DNA from: Anaeramoeba ignava BMAN
Lineage: Eukaryota > Protista > Anaeramoebae
Length of the DNA stretch: 64,000 nt
Assembly: GCA_028826165.1 (NCBI GenBank)
Contig: JAPDFW010000069.1
Location: 372,001 to 436,000 of the forward strand
Direction of reading: 5' to 3'
Made by a program: the position numbers and the translations under genes. Under the pieces are notes generated by a model. That model was given only the letters and a program-made list of their open reading frames with translations, did not search any database and was not told where the DNA came from. Below, piece by piece: positions 11,053 to 24,786 of the stretch (position 1 is its first letter; each line of letters begins with the position of its first letter).

Positions 11053-14000
11053 TTAAGAAAGATGAAAAGAAGATTGACCTTCATTAATAGCAATAGTAAA
11101 CTTTTCTGCAAGAATAGATTTAGAAGAATATCTAGGAATTTTAAGATAATTTGCGCAAGTCATAACAGTAGGAAGAAAAGAATCAGGATCAAAAGGAGTA
11201 ACAATTCTTTCAACAATAGTCAAAGTTGGTGATAATTTAGCTATTCCACCAACAGGAAGACGAGAACTGCCAGTGATAAATTGAAGAAACTTTCTTTGAT
11301 CGTTTGGAGACAATTCCAGAAGAAACTCAACAAAAAATTCAACAACTTGACTCTCACTTGAATATCCATGTTCGCATTTTATATTATTTTTCAGTAATTC
11401 TTTTGTCCAAATTTCAGAACATCCATTCACTAAGAAATCAAATTCTTCGTAATTGAAAATTTTCAATGAATTCCAGGGAAGAATCTCGTTAAAACCGGAG
11501 CGAAAAGCATCAATTTGCCGTTGGATTCCGGCATGAAGTCTGATATTAATGATCAAATCAATGTATTCGTGAAGATTTTCAAGAGTGACATCAATATTTT
11601 TTCCATTTGGTTTGAGTTCGATATTATCTGAAGGCATCACAAATGACAAATAGAGATCCTCAATTGAAGAGTCTCTGTATTTGATTGATTTGTCTTTTGT
11701 TCTTCGGTATTGTTTTGCGATTTGAGAGAGTTCTTTGAGCGACCGTGCAAGTTCTGGCTCAAGAATCTCAAGATCAGTGAAGGTTAATTTATTCTTCAAA
11801 AAAAACCGATAAAAAGGTTCTGAAAATGGAAGATCGATCATCCTTTCGTCGCTCAATGCCTTGGCAACAAACTTGCCCATGAATTCAAAAAGAGCGAGAA
11901 TTTTCTCGTTTTCTTTGCGGATTTCTTCGCTCGGTTCAATATAAATTACTGATGGATTTTGATCCAAATTGAGCGAATTTTCCTGGTTTTGAAGATGCAT
12001 CAAATACTGATATGAATCTGCAAGCGGTTTCGGAAACAATCCATTTGGCGAGTTTACATAAATATTTTCGCTATCATTAGTGAAGGAATTTTGCGACATA
12101 TCAGACCACAAATTGAGGGTTTTTTTGCGCAATTCCTGTGAGACAAGAACAAAGAATTCCTGAGAAGGACCGGATCCGACACCGACTTCGCCAAAATACT
12201 CAATCTCCAGAATAGACGCTCCAAGCGCCTCGCGTGTTGACATGATCTGCATCGCATTCTCAAGGATGTTTTCCCGCGAAACTTGTATTTTGTGTCTTGG
12301 AATTCGCGGCAGTTCGAAATCAAGTGATTTTTCGATATGATGTTCCAAAAAAGAATGAAAATGATGGAAGCTGCGCAGCGATTCTAGAGAGAACAGTTTA
12401 AAGAACCGCACACGCACATGGAAAGGCACGAGGAAATGGTATCCCGACCACAACATCCTTCGACACCATATTGGGATAAATTGTGTCAAAACAACAAATG
12501 GATCTTCGAGACAAACAAGAATTTTTGAAGTTAACTTCGAAGATATAAATTGATTTGGATGCAGAAATTCATAATTGGGCGCATCGTTTATCGTGCTTGT
12601 TTGTGTGTTGTCAATCGTGGGAATCTTTGCGTGAATTCTTTTGAATCGGAAATACTCGTTTATGTAGTAAAGAATGTAAAGTAGTTGGAGTGATGCCTTG
12701 AAATCTTCGATTACAAATGGAGAGGAATCGTCTCCGAAATCAAGAAGAAAATCAGAGTTGAGCTGTTGAGAAAGAATCGTATCATCAACAGTGATACGTT
12801 TGTATTGCTCCTTTTGCCTCTGGGTATTCTCAATGTTTACTGGCTTTGATTTCTCATATTGATATTCTTCCTGTTGAATTTCGGCAATTTGCTCCAAATC
12901 TGGATTTAATCTTTGATATTGGATCACGTGAATGCTATCCCAGAAACTGGAGATGCCTTTGTTTTCAGAATTTTGGTACCAAATCAAGAAAATTTGCGGG
13001 AAATAATTGATGTTTGTTTGTATGATTTTTCCTTGATATGTGAGATGCAAAGGATGGAAACTTGAATGCAAAGATTTTTTGAGTTGATTTTCTACTGCTT
13101 GTTCTTCTTTCTTCGGCAAATTATCGATATTTGGCGGTTTTTTGAATGGATTAATGTTGTTTGATTTTTCTTTTGATTTCTTTGTTTTTCTTTGATGTTT
13201 CATGGAAGATCGAGAGTTGCGCTTTTTCTTTTTTGGAGGATGATTTCTGAGAAACCTATCCTTCTTCTGAATTGTTGATTCTATTTTCAACCGCTTTTTT
13301 TGGATTTTTTTGTTGAAAATTGTTTGTCTTAATGGCGATGATTTGACTTTATTTGCTTTCATTTCAAGTTTTGTAATTTTCTTTTCTAATGAATTAATTT
13401 TGCGATCAAAACCGCGAATTTTTGAGTTTAGATAGCTGTCATCTTCATCAGAAGAATCTGAACTATCACTATCAGTATCAGATTTATCAGTTGACTCTGA
13501 ATCAGAGCTTTTACTTATATTGAATTTACGATGCAATTCAAGCATTTCCAAAAATTCTCGCAGATGATTATGCTCTTTTCCAATAGACAAAGCTGATTTT
13601 AATCGAGAAAATGGTGATTTTGATGTATTTATAGAAAAATGTGGATTTCCAAGTAAAAATGGATCATCTTCAAGATGAACATTTTGGAAAATCATGTCTT
13701 CAAGTTCATTTGTTGTTGTTGTGCAACTGATTGATAAGGATTTTTTCCTGTATTCATTCAATCCTAATTCGTCAGGATGTTTTTGGAATTGGATATTCAC
13801 GCTGTTTCCGACAACGGTGATGTCCATCCACGGGAATGTGAACACAAAAAGCATCTCGTATTTAGAGAACACTTCTTGTAGTTTTGCAATCAGTATTTGG
13901 ATCGGCATCAAAGGTGCTTTATTTGGATCTTTTGACTTTGTTGTCTTGAAAAAGACCTTTTCAATTTTTTCAATTTTCGATTCGAATTTGTGATTATTTT

Positions 14001-16626
14001 CAAATTGCATATTATTTTCATTTGGAATATTTTCATTTTGAACATTTTCATTTTGGTTATTTTCTGAAAGTGGATTGAGATAACGGAAAAATTCAATAAG
14101 GAATTGACTTTTATGGAGCTCAAATACAGAAAAGGAGTTTTGTCTCGACATCAACATCAGCTTTGTTTTGATTAAATATTCCATCTCTTTTTCAGGGTTA
14201 TGAAGAAACAAAACTCTTCTTCTTAATATTTTGACTCTTTGAGTTGAATAGAGTTTTTTTTCCACAAGTTTCCCAAATTGAGAAACAAATAGTGCTGCTT
14301 TTTCGCAGTTACTTTCATGAAGTTTGAGTTCATTTTCTGAGCAATATTTCTGAAGTACATCTATCCATTTTTGGTTTTTTTGATTATTATTATTATTATT
14401 TAAATTATTTGGATTATTTTCTTCTGGATTTGGTTTTGGTTTTGATTTTGATTTTGATTTTAATTTTAATTTTGGATTTGATTTTAATTTTAATTTTAAT
14501 TTTGGATTTGATTTTGATTTTAGTTTTTCTGTTGTTGCTAATTTTGAATCTGATTTCATTTTTCGGTATAATCTTGATTTATGATTTGAATGTTCTTTTT
14601 GTGTTTTTGGTATTTTTTGAGTATTTTTTATTCGAATTGATCTTGATTTTTTTTCTTTTTTCTTTGGATTTTCAATTTGATTTTCATTTTCATTTTCAAT
14701 TTGATTTTCAATTTGATTTTCATTTTGATTTTCAATTTGATTTTCATTTTCATTTTCAATTTCATTTTCAATTTGATTTTCATTTTGATTTTCAATTTGT
14801 TTTTCAATTTTATTTTGATTTTCATTTTGATTTTGATTTTCAATAGTTTTAAATATCAAATTTCCTTTTCTTTTTGCAATTTTGGATATTTCATAAAAAA
14901 TTCCATGTTGGAAAAAATAATGAGTAAAAATTTCTGGTGATTTATGCATCAAAATAGTTGCAAAATGAATTGCATAACCCATTCTTAATGGATCCAATTC
15001 TTTTGTAATTAATTCTGTGATAACAACTGTTGTTTCCTTTGCATAATTTTGAAGTATATTTGAAAGAAATTTTGCATCTAAAAAGAAAAAACATTTAAAA
15101 ATTATCAACAAACATTTGGCACGATTTCTTTGAAGAACAAGTTCTGTTTGAAACTGAATAAAATTGGGCAAAAGCCCTAAACTAAAATCGGCAATTAACT
15201 GTAAATTTACTTCAAAAAATTCAATTTGCTTTTTCCATATTTCTTCATTGACTGTTATTTTTCTTGTGTATCCAATTGATTTTTTTGATTTTTCAACATC
15301 ATCATTTGGAGAAATCATGATATTTGGGAGAATGTCATTAGGAAGAAAAGGAAGAAGTGATTCTGCAAGAGAAAGAATTTGAAAAATTTGTTTTTTGGAG
15401 AATTTTCCAGAAATTTCTTTAAGAATTAAATCTAATATAAAAATATAAATAAATTAGAAAATATAAATAAATTAGAAAATATAAATAAATTAGAAAATAT
15501 AAATAAATTAGAAAATATAAATAAATTAGAAAGTATAAATAAATTAGAAAATATTTTCTTTCATTTGACTAACTTTGTTGAGAAAAAACAATCTGTAATA
15601 GTTTTATCACTCCATGTTCATGTAAATAAATGATTGTTTTTGGATACACTTTGCATAAATCTGCTAAAAGTCCAAGAATTGAAGAAAAAGTTGATGGTGA
15701 AATTTTGGATCCTTTTTGGATTTGTTGAAATAAAAGTCCAAGTAATTCTGAAACAAATTTTTCGTTTGCTAAAATTTGAACTTTTTCAGGTGATTCAATA
15801 AATTGATTAAAAATTCTAAACATTGATAAACAAGAAAGATCAAGAACTAAAAAGAATTTGGATGATTGATTATGATTATTATTATTATTATTGATGAATT
15901 TAAAAAAAAAAGTTGTTGTTTTTTTATTAACCTTTTTCATTATCACATTCAAATTGTTGAATTAATAATGGAATTGAATCTGAAATTAATTTAAAATAAT
16001 TTTCTGGAATGTCTCGAGTCATATTTGCAACAGCAGAAAGAGCTTTTTGTCTTCCAAACATTGAAAAAAAACCTGAGAAAGCTAAAACAGCCATTAAACC
16101 ACCTTGTCTTAAAATTTGTTTATTTTCTTCATAACTTAATTTTTCAAGAATCTTAATTGATTTTTTTTTATATTAATTTAATTCAAAAAATTGGAAAAAA
16201 AATTTTTCGATAAATTATACTTCTAATGCATTTTCAGCAAGATCAATATCTTCAATTGATAATAATTTTGCAATTAAACTGGGAATGGCAAGTTGTGAAA
16301 CTTTTGGAGAGCAAAAAGGAAAAACAACAAGTAAATTAACTAAAGTTTGACAAGCAAGAACTAAAAAGAAAAAATTAAAAGAAAAATTAAATTAAATTAA
16401 AAAATAAAACAAAATAAAAATTGATTTGAATTTATAATTTTATACTGTTAATGTTTTTTGCATTTTCTAAATTAATAAGTCTAACAATTTCTGGTAAAAG
16501 TTTTTCCATAATAGATTTTGGCATTCTATTTTCTGTTGAAAGTACAATTCTATCATTGATTTCTCGTAATATTTCGTATACAACAGTTGTATTTTGTTGA
16601 TTTAATTGATTAACTAAATTATCCAT
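11053..16626 (-). CDS. HECT E3 ubiquitin ligase, UPL3/TRIP12/Ufd4 family, 5 exons
   Basis: Introns 16445-16361, 16220-16152, 15931-15847, 15573-15432 join in frame. N-terminal ARM region (IEDIDLAENALEILEKLS, GGLMAVL); C-terminal HECT (GEVGVGSGPSQEFF, LPTVMTCANYLKIPRYSS, EGQSSFHLS). Confidence 0.92.
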
Positions 16627-16734
16627 TCTAAATAATAATAATAATAATGAAAAAAAAAGGAAAAAAAAGGAAAAAAATGAAAATTAAAAAAAAGGAAAAA
16701 AATAAATCAAAAACAAAATTTGTTCCACATTTTA

Positions 16735-19700
16735 CAATAATTAATAATTTATTAATAAATTTATATAAAATTATATTTAGAAATAAAATATAAATAAATA
16801 ATTATTATTTAATATAGATTTAATTATTAATATTTAATAAATAAAAGAAAAGGAAATGAAAATAAGAATAAAATTAAATAATATTAAATAATAATTTATT
16901 AATAAATTAATATAAAATTATATTTAGAAATAAAATATAAATAAATTATTATTTAAAATAGATTTAATTATTAATATTTAATAAATAAAAAGAAAAAGGA
17001 AATGAAAATAAGAATAAAATTAAATAATATTAAATAATAATTTATTAATAAATTTAAATAAAATTATATTTAGAAATAAAATATAAATAAATTATTATTT
17101 AATATATATTTAATTATTTATATTTAATAAATAAAAAAAATAGAATAATAAAATTAAATAATATTAAATAATAATTTATTAATAAATTTATATAAAATTA
17201 TATTTAGAAATAAAATATAAATAAATTATTATTGTTTAAAATAGATTTAATTATTGATATTTAATAAATAAAATAAAATGAAAATAAGAATAAAATTAAA
17301 TAATATTAATTAATAATTTATTAATAAATTTAATATAAAATTATATTTAGAAATAAAATATAAATAAATAATTGTTTAATATAGATTTAATTATTAATAT
17401 TTAATAAATAAAAATATTGAATAAATAAAATAATAATAAAATTAAATAATATTAAATAATAATTTATTAATAAATTTATATAAAATTATATTAGAAATAA
17501 AAATTAAATTAATATAAAATTATATTTAATAAAAAAAAAATAAATAAAATAAATAAAATTAAATAATTTAATAATAAGATTTATAAAATTATATTTAAAA
17601 ATAAAATAAAAATTGTTTTAAAATTGAATAAATAATATAATAAATAAAAATATTGAAATGAAAATAATAATAAAATTAAATAATATTAATTAATAATTTA
17701 TTAATAAATTTATATAAAATTATATTTAGAAATAAAATATAAATAAATTATTATTTAATATAGATTTAATTATTAATATTTAATAAATAAAAAAAGGAAA
17801 TGAAAATGGGAATAAATAAAAATAGTTAATTTAAAATAATTTAATTATTAATATTTTAAAGAAAAGGAAATGAAAATATTTAATAAAAATAAAAATATAA
17901 AAATAAAATTATATTTGAAATAAAATATAAATTTAAAATAGATTTAATTATTGATATTTAATAAAAAAAAGATTGAATAAAAAAAAAATAATAAAATAAA
18001 TAAAAATAATAAAAATAAAATATAAAATTATATTTAGAAATAAAATATAAATAAATTATTATTTAATTATTAATATTTAATAAATAAAAATATTGAATAA
18101 ATAAAATAATAATAAAAATTAAATAATATTAAAAATAATTTATTAATAAAAATAAAATATATTTGAAATAAAAATATAAACAAATAAGTTTTAAAATAGA
18201 TTTAATTATTAATATTTAATAAATAAAAAAAAAAAAAAATAAAATGAAAATAAATAATAAAAATTAAATAATAAATTAATATAATTAATTTATTAATAAA
18301 AATTTAATATAAAATTATATTTAAGAAAAAAAATAAATAAATAAATAAAATTAAATTTTAATATATTTATTTAATTTATTGATATTTAATAAATAAAAAT
18401 ATTGAATAAATAAAAATAATAATAAAAAATTAAATAATATTAATAATATTAATTAATATTAATAAATTTATTAATAAATTTATATAAAATTATATTTAGA
18501 AATAAAAATATAAACAAATTATTGTTTAAAATAGATTTAATTATTAATATTTAATAAATAAAAAGGAAATGAAAATAATAATAAAAAAATAAGAATAAAA
18601 ATTAAATAATAATTAAATAATAATTTATTAAATAAAATTATTTAAAATATTTAAAATTATATTTGAAATAAAATAAGAATAAAATTAATTATTTAAAAAT
18701 AGATTTAATTATTGATATTTTTAATAAATAAAAAGATTGAATAAATAAAATAATAATAAAATTAAATTAAATAATATTAAATAATAATTTATTAATAAAT
18801 TTATATAAAATTATATTTAGAAATAAAATATAAATAAATAATTGTTTAAAATGATTTTTATTGATATTTAATTATTTAAATATTTAATAAATAAAAATAT
18901 TGAATAAATTAATATAAAAATAATAATAAAATTAAATAATATTAAATAATTTAATTTATTAATAAATTTATATAAAATTATATTTAGAAATAAAAATATA
19001 AAAATATAAAATAATAATTGTTTAAATATAGATTTTAATTAATATTTAATAAATAAAAAAAAAAATATTGAATAAAATTAAATAATAATAAAAATAATTT
19101 ATTAATAAATTTATATAAAATTATATTTAGAAATAAAATTAAATAAATAAAATTTTAAAATATTTAAAATTATATTTAGAAATAAAAAATATAAATAAAA
19201 TAATTAAAATTTTAAAATATTAATATAAAATTATATTTAATAAATAAAAAAGAAATGAAAATTTAATAAATAAAAAATTGAATAAATAAAATAATAATAA
19301 AATTAAATAATATTAAATAATAATTTATTAATAAATTAATATAAAATTATATTTAGAAATAAAATATAAATAAATTATTGTTTAAAATAGATTTAATTAT
19401 TAATATTTAATAAATAAAAATATTGAATAAATAAAATAATAATAAAATTAAATAAAATTAAATAATAATTTATTAATAAATTTATATAAAATTATTTAGA
19501 AATAAATATAAATAAAAATTATATTTTTAGATATTTAATAAATAAAAATATAAACAAATAATTATTTAATATAATTTAATTATTTATATTTAATAAAAAA
19601 AAAAATATTGTTTTAAAATAGATTTAATTAATTTAATAAATAAAAATATTGAATAAATAAAATAAAATAAAATAAATTTATTAATAAAAATTAATATAAA

Positions 19701-19800
19701 ATTATATTTAGAAATAAAATATAAACAAATAATTGTTTAAAATAGATTTAATTATTGATATTTAATAAATAAAAATATTGAATAAATGAATATTTAAATA
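16735..19800. repeat. AT satellite array 2, unit about 140-147 bp, heterogeneous/degenerate
   Basis: Recurrent aaaattatatttagaaataaaatata ... atagatttaattatt ... units; many truncated or reshuffled copies in the middle. Confidence 0.85.
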
Positions 19801-20069
19801 AAAAAATTTAAAAATTTTTAATTGTTTTTTTTAATTTATTTTTTAATAAATAATTGAATAAAGTTAATAATAATATTAAAAAATTTTTAAATTAAAAAAG
19901 AGAAAAATAAGAAAAAATATAATTTTAAAATTGATAAGTTAAAAACGATTTCTTTTTTAATTTCTTTTTAATTTCTCTTTAATTTCTTTTTTTTTTTTTT
20001 CATTTTTTTTTTACTTTTTAAATTTTTATTTTTTTTTTCTTCACAACAAAATTTCAGCATTCATTATAA

Positions 20070-21542
20070 ATGCCGAGAGAAGTTGTATCAATTCATTTAG
20101 GACAAGCAGGATGTCAAATAGGAACATCATGTTGGGAATTATATTGCGCAGAACATGGAATAACATATGATGGACTTATGCCATCAGACACAACAAAAGG
20201 ACAAGAAACAGATGCATTCAACACATTTTTCTCAGAAACAAGTGCAGGTCAACACGTTCCAAGAGCAGTATTTTTTGATTTGGAACCATCAGTAGTTCAA
20301 GAAGTAAAAAACGGAAAATTTCGAAAATTATTTCATCCCGATTACATGTTGACAGGCAAAGAAGATGCAGCAAATAATTATGCAAGAGGTCATTTCACAG
20401 TTGGTCGAGAATATCTTGAAGATGCCATTGAAAGAATTCGCAAGATTGTCGAGCAATGCAGTTCAATTCAGGGATTTTTGCTTTTCAATTCACTTGGTGG
20501 AGGAACTGGATCTGGTTTTGGATCGTTACTTTTGGAAAGATTTGCTTCTGATTACAAGAAAAAATCAAAGCTTGATTTCTGCATTTATCCTGCGCCCCAA
20601 GTTTCTACCTCAGTTGTTGAACCTTATAACACTGTTCTCTCAACTCACTCAATGATGGACTATTGTGATGTCACTTTCTTAGTTGATAATGAAGCCATTT
20701 ACGATATTTGCAAGCAAAAACTCGGAATTGAAAGACCAACTTACGTCAATTTGAACCGTTTGATTGCTCAAGTTCTTTCTTCAATTACAGCCTCTTTAAG
20801 ATTTGAAGGTGATTTGAATGTTGATTTGAATGAGTTTCAGACAAATCTTGTGCCGTATCCAAGAATCCACTTTCCGTTAGTTTCATATTCGCCAATTATC
20901 AATTCAAAACGAGCAGCACATGAAGCAATGACAGTTAACGAATTGACATCATCTGTTTTTGATCCAGGAAGCGTTATGATCAAATGCGATCCTCGTCAAG
21001 GAAAGTACATGGCTTGCACAATGCTTTATCGTGGTGATGTTATTCCAAAAGACACAACGGCTGCTATTGCGAATATCAAGACAAAACAACAGATCCAATT
21101 TGTTGACTGGTCGCCAACTGGTTTCAAAGTTGGTATCAATAAAAGACCTCCTTCAGTTGTTCCTGGTGGTGATTTGGCTCTTGTTAAAAGAGCTTTGTGT
21201 ATGTTGGCTGCTACTACTGCTGTTGGTGAAACTTGGAATAGAGTCAATCATAACTTTGATTTGATGTTTGCTAAACGTGCTTTTGTTCATTGGTATGTTG
21301 GTGAAGGTATGGAAGAAAGTGAATTCAAAGAATCAAGAGATGATTTAGCAGCTTTAGAAAACGATTATGAAGGTAAATTTTTTAAACTTAATTTAATTTA
21401 ATTTTTTTAATTTAATTTAATTTAAATTTATTTTATTTTTTAATTTAAATTTATTTTTTAATTAGTTGCTGGTAAAGATACTGATGAACTTGAAGAAATG
21501 TCTGATGGTGATGAAGTTGTTGAGGATGATGATTCAGATTAA
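20070..21542 (+). CDS. TUBA: Alpha-tubulin (divergent), 2 exons
   Basis: [56 protein letters not shown]. Intron 21373-21465 gives acidic tail [25 protein letters not shown]. Confidence 0.95.
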
Positions 21543-21787
21543 ATCAAAATTTTGATTTTTGATTTTCTGATTTTCTTTTTTCTAATTTGATTTTCCAATT
21601 CCAATTTCAATTTCAATTTTTTTTTATTATTCTGATTTTCATTTTGATTTTGATTTTCATTTCCAATTTAAAGAATAATAAAAAAAAACTTTCCAAAAAT
21701 TCAAAACAAACACAATTTTAATTTCTTATTAAATTTTTATTTCATTTCTTTTTAATTTCTTTTTTAATTTCTTTTTTAATTTTCTTA

Positions 21788-22792
21788 TTAATTTTGATTT
21801 GTATTTCTTATCATCCTTTGACCAATTGATTTTAAAAATGTTTTCCAATTTTCATGACTTAATTTTGTAAAATCATCAGCATATTTAGCAATATATTCTA
21901 AATATTCAGTAAGATAAAGTAATTCTTGATCATCCGAAGGTCCTTCTAATTTATCAAAAGATTTGATTTTTAAACCATTTTTTGGATTCAAAACAAAATT
22001 ACGAGAAAGATCATCAACATGAATAGTATTTTTTGGAGAATAGAATTCAGGAAGCTTTGCCCAGATAATCTCCAAAGGTTTGACATAATGGTCATGATCA
22101 TTTTCGAGATGGTTAGATTTAATCTTAATCATTGAACTAGTATCCATGATGAAAGTGATTTTAATATCAGGATTTGAAAACAAGTTCATTTCATAACATT
22201 TTGCTTCGATCCATTTCCAACTTGTTTGAGACCAGATGCATATATCATAAAGCGGAGAAATGCGCTTAAGGAAATAATGCAAATAAGGACGTGTTAGTTC
22301 AGCAATAGTTGTGCCTTTTCCTCCAAGATGAAAAATTGTGTGATCGATATCAAGAACAAGTAATTTGACGTTTTTCCTCATTTCCGAAATGGGTTGAATA
22401 TTCACAGTTTCGATTCTTTTTTTAAGCAATTCTTGAACGCGGGAATCTTGATGGAATGCTTCTTCATCTTTTTGTGATGGATAATAATCATATTCAAGAT
22501 CATTGATAATTTCAGGTAAATCATCAGGCACTTGTTGTATTTCTTGAACTACTTTTTCTGGTGTTCCGATAAGCATAATTTTCTTGCTAATTACAAGTTT
22601 TGAATCGCTTAGTTTGATTGAATCATCTGGCATTTTCCCGGATAATTTAAACCCAATTATTTTTTGTCTTTTGATTAAAACTCCTGTCAATTCTTCTAAT
22701 TTTTGTTTTAAGTTGTAAATTGTGTTTTCTTTTTCCATTTCGATTTCAATTTTTTGTGATTTGAAATTAATTAAAAGAGTAATTTGATCCAT
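21788..22792 (-). CDS. UBLCP1: Ubiquitin-like domain-containing CTD phosphatase 1
   Basis: N-terminal UBL (LKQKLEELTGV...RQKI...MLIGT), HAD motif LLVLDIDHT, RPYLHYFL, IWSQT, NTIHVDDLSRNF..NP.NGLKI. Confidence 0.92.
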   Translation of the reverse strand: MDQITLLINFKSQKIEIEMEKENTIYNLKQKLEELTGVLIKRQKIIGFKLSGKMPDDSIKLSDSKLVISKKIMLIGTPEKVVQEIQQVPDDLPEIINDLEYDYYPSQKDEEAFHQDSRVQELLKKRIETVNIQPISEMRKNVKLLVLDIDHTIFHLGGKGTTIAELTRPYLHYFLKRISPLYDICIWSQTSWKWIEAKCYEMNLFSNPDIKITFIMDTSSMIKIKSNHLENDHDHYVKPLEIIWAKLPEFYSPKNTIHVDDLSRNFVLNPKNGLKIKSFDKLEGPSDDQELLYLTEYLEYIAKYADDFTKLSHENWKTFLKSIGQRMIRNTNQN

Positions 22793-22923
22793 TATTTTTA
22801 ATTTTTTTTAACTTCAAAAAGAAAAAAAATGAAATCGGAAAAAAAATTCAAAAAAAAAATAATTTGAAAAAAAATATTCGTTCTTTTTTTTTTGCTTAAA
22901 ATGAAAATCAAAATGAAAAACTT

Positions 22924-24707
22924 TTAAAGAATCAAACAAGGATTAGCATGTTTCTTATTATCTTTATGAGTTTCATTCTTATCTTTTTCTTTTTCATTTT
23001 CATTATCATTTTCATTATCATTTTTATTATCCAATTTAGGTTCAGAAGCGTCTTTAAAAGCAGATTTAAATTCATCATAAAGAGAGTTCCAAGTATCATC
23101 AAGAGGCGGCATTTCAAAAGCTTCAGGTTCAGTTAATTGTATTCCTTGAGGGAGTTCAGGAAGATCATCAGTGGATTGAAAATACAAATGGTCATTTTCC
23201 AATTTCTTTGAATTCAAAGATTTTGTAATTGATTGTAAAAAAACTTCCAATTCTTTCATTGGAATTTTTGGATCGGTTTTTGGAGAAAAATCAGCATAAC
23301 TTGTGATAACTTCGTCCAAATTTGTGAGCATTGATTTTGCCTTTTCTAGACCGCAAACTGCCTGTCCTGCGCCGTGTTCTTTGTCTGCAACGCTGATGTG
23401 ATCTCCATGATATTGAAGTGCAACTGCTTCGTAAATATTCATTTTATATTTTGCATATGATCTGATTTTGTGAACCTTTGCTCCAGGTGTTTTGGAAAAT
23501 TCGTTTAATCCGTAGTAAAATGTTGAGTATTTAGTGTGTACATCAACAGCTAATTTTGCTATTAAGGATGATTTGTTTTTTTTGAAAATTGCTCTTTGTA
23601 TTGTTACTTCTTGTCCCATTGCTAATATCATATCTTTCATTACTTTTACGAGTTCTGGTTTGAGTTCGTAAGGAATATGTTCTCCTTGAAGTTTTGAAGA
23701 TTGACTTTCTAACTCTTGGCATACACCAGCAGCCTTTATAGATTAAAAATAAAATTCATTTTGAAATTCATTTATAAATTCATTTTGAAATTCATTTTGA
23801 AATTAAAATTAAAATTCATTTTGAAATTAAAATTCATTTTAAAATTCATTTTAAAATTAATTTTGAAATTAAAATTCATTATAAAATTAAAATTCATTTT
23901 GAAATTAAAATTCATTTTTAAATTAAAATTCATTTTGAAATTAAAATTCATTTTGAAATTAAAATTAATTTTGAAATTAAAATTAAAATTATAATTAAAA
24001 TTATAATTCATTTTGAAATTCATTTTGAAATTAAAATTCATTTTGAAATTAAAATTCAATTTGAAATTAAAATTAAAATTAAAATTCATTTTGAAATTAA
24101 AATTCATTTTGAAATTAAAATTCATTTTGAAATTCATTTTAAAATTAAAATTATAATTAAAATTTAAATTCATTTTGAAATTAAAATTCATTTTGAAATT
24201 CATTTTGAAATTAAAAATTACTTTCAAAAGAAGATGATACATTTCTTTATGAACTTGATCAGCATTACTTTGAGTAACAGTTTGAGCTAAAGAACTAGCT
24301 TTATTAATCATCCAAATAGTAGCAGTAAGTAAAACAGAACAAACATCGAACTGAGCATCAAAAACAGTAGTTTTTTCTTCAGGATCAATAATATTTGACC
24401 AAGAAAAAGAAATTCTTTTTCTAAGACCAGAATCACTGCCATCATTTGGATGAACAATAAATCCAAGCAATAAAGAAAGGTATCTCTTAAGTGCCTCAAT
24501 CAACTGCTCATCGCTACTTGTTGCCGTTGGGTTTTTGTGAAGGATGTCTAATAATAGTGCTCTTTGTTGTGTTAATAAACTTAATTGTGCTCGAGGTCCT
24601 TCTGATTTGATCTCTTTTGATAACCAATTTACAAAATTAACTGGCTTCCCTGTTTTCGTTTGTGAACGATAGAAGTGAATTGGTGCAACTTCAGGTTCTT
24701 CAAACAT
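22924..24707 (-). CDS. BROX: BRO1-domain protein with C-terminal CaaX (BROX-like), 2 exons
   Basis: GT-AG intron 24221-23734 joins LLLK|AAGVCQ. BRO1 features (F.WSN, LLKAAG, LAMGQEV, ENDHLYFQ); ends CLIL. Confidence 0.8.
23740..24220. repeat. Intronic microsatellite mosaic (aaattc-attttg / aaatta units)
   Basis: Fills the 488-nt BROX intron; source of the spurious FKMN ORFs. Confidence 0.85.
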
Positions 24708-24786
24708 TTGCTAAATGAAAAAAAAATTTTTAAAAAAAAGGAAAAAAAAATGAATTTTGTTTTTTTCATTTTTTTCATTTTTAAAA

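Noticed and set aside
23716-24220. FKMN-repeat extension of the BROX ORF and antisense ORF
   Set aside because: Lies within a GT-AG intron whose removal restores the LLKAAG BRO1 motif.
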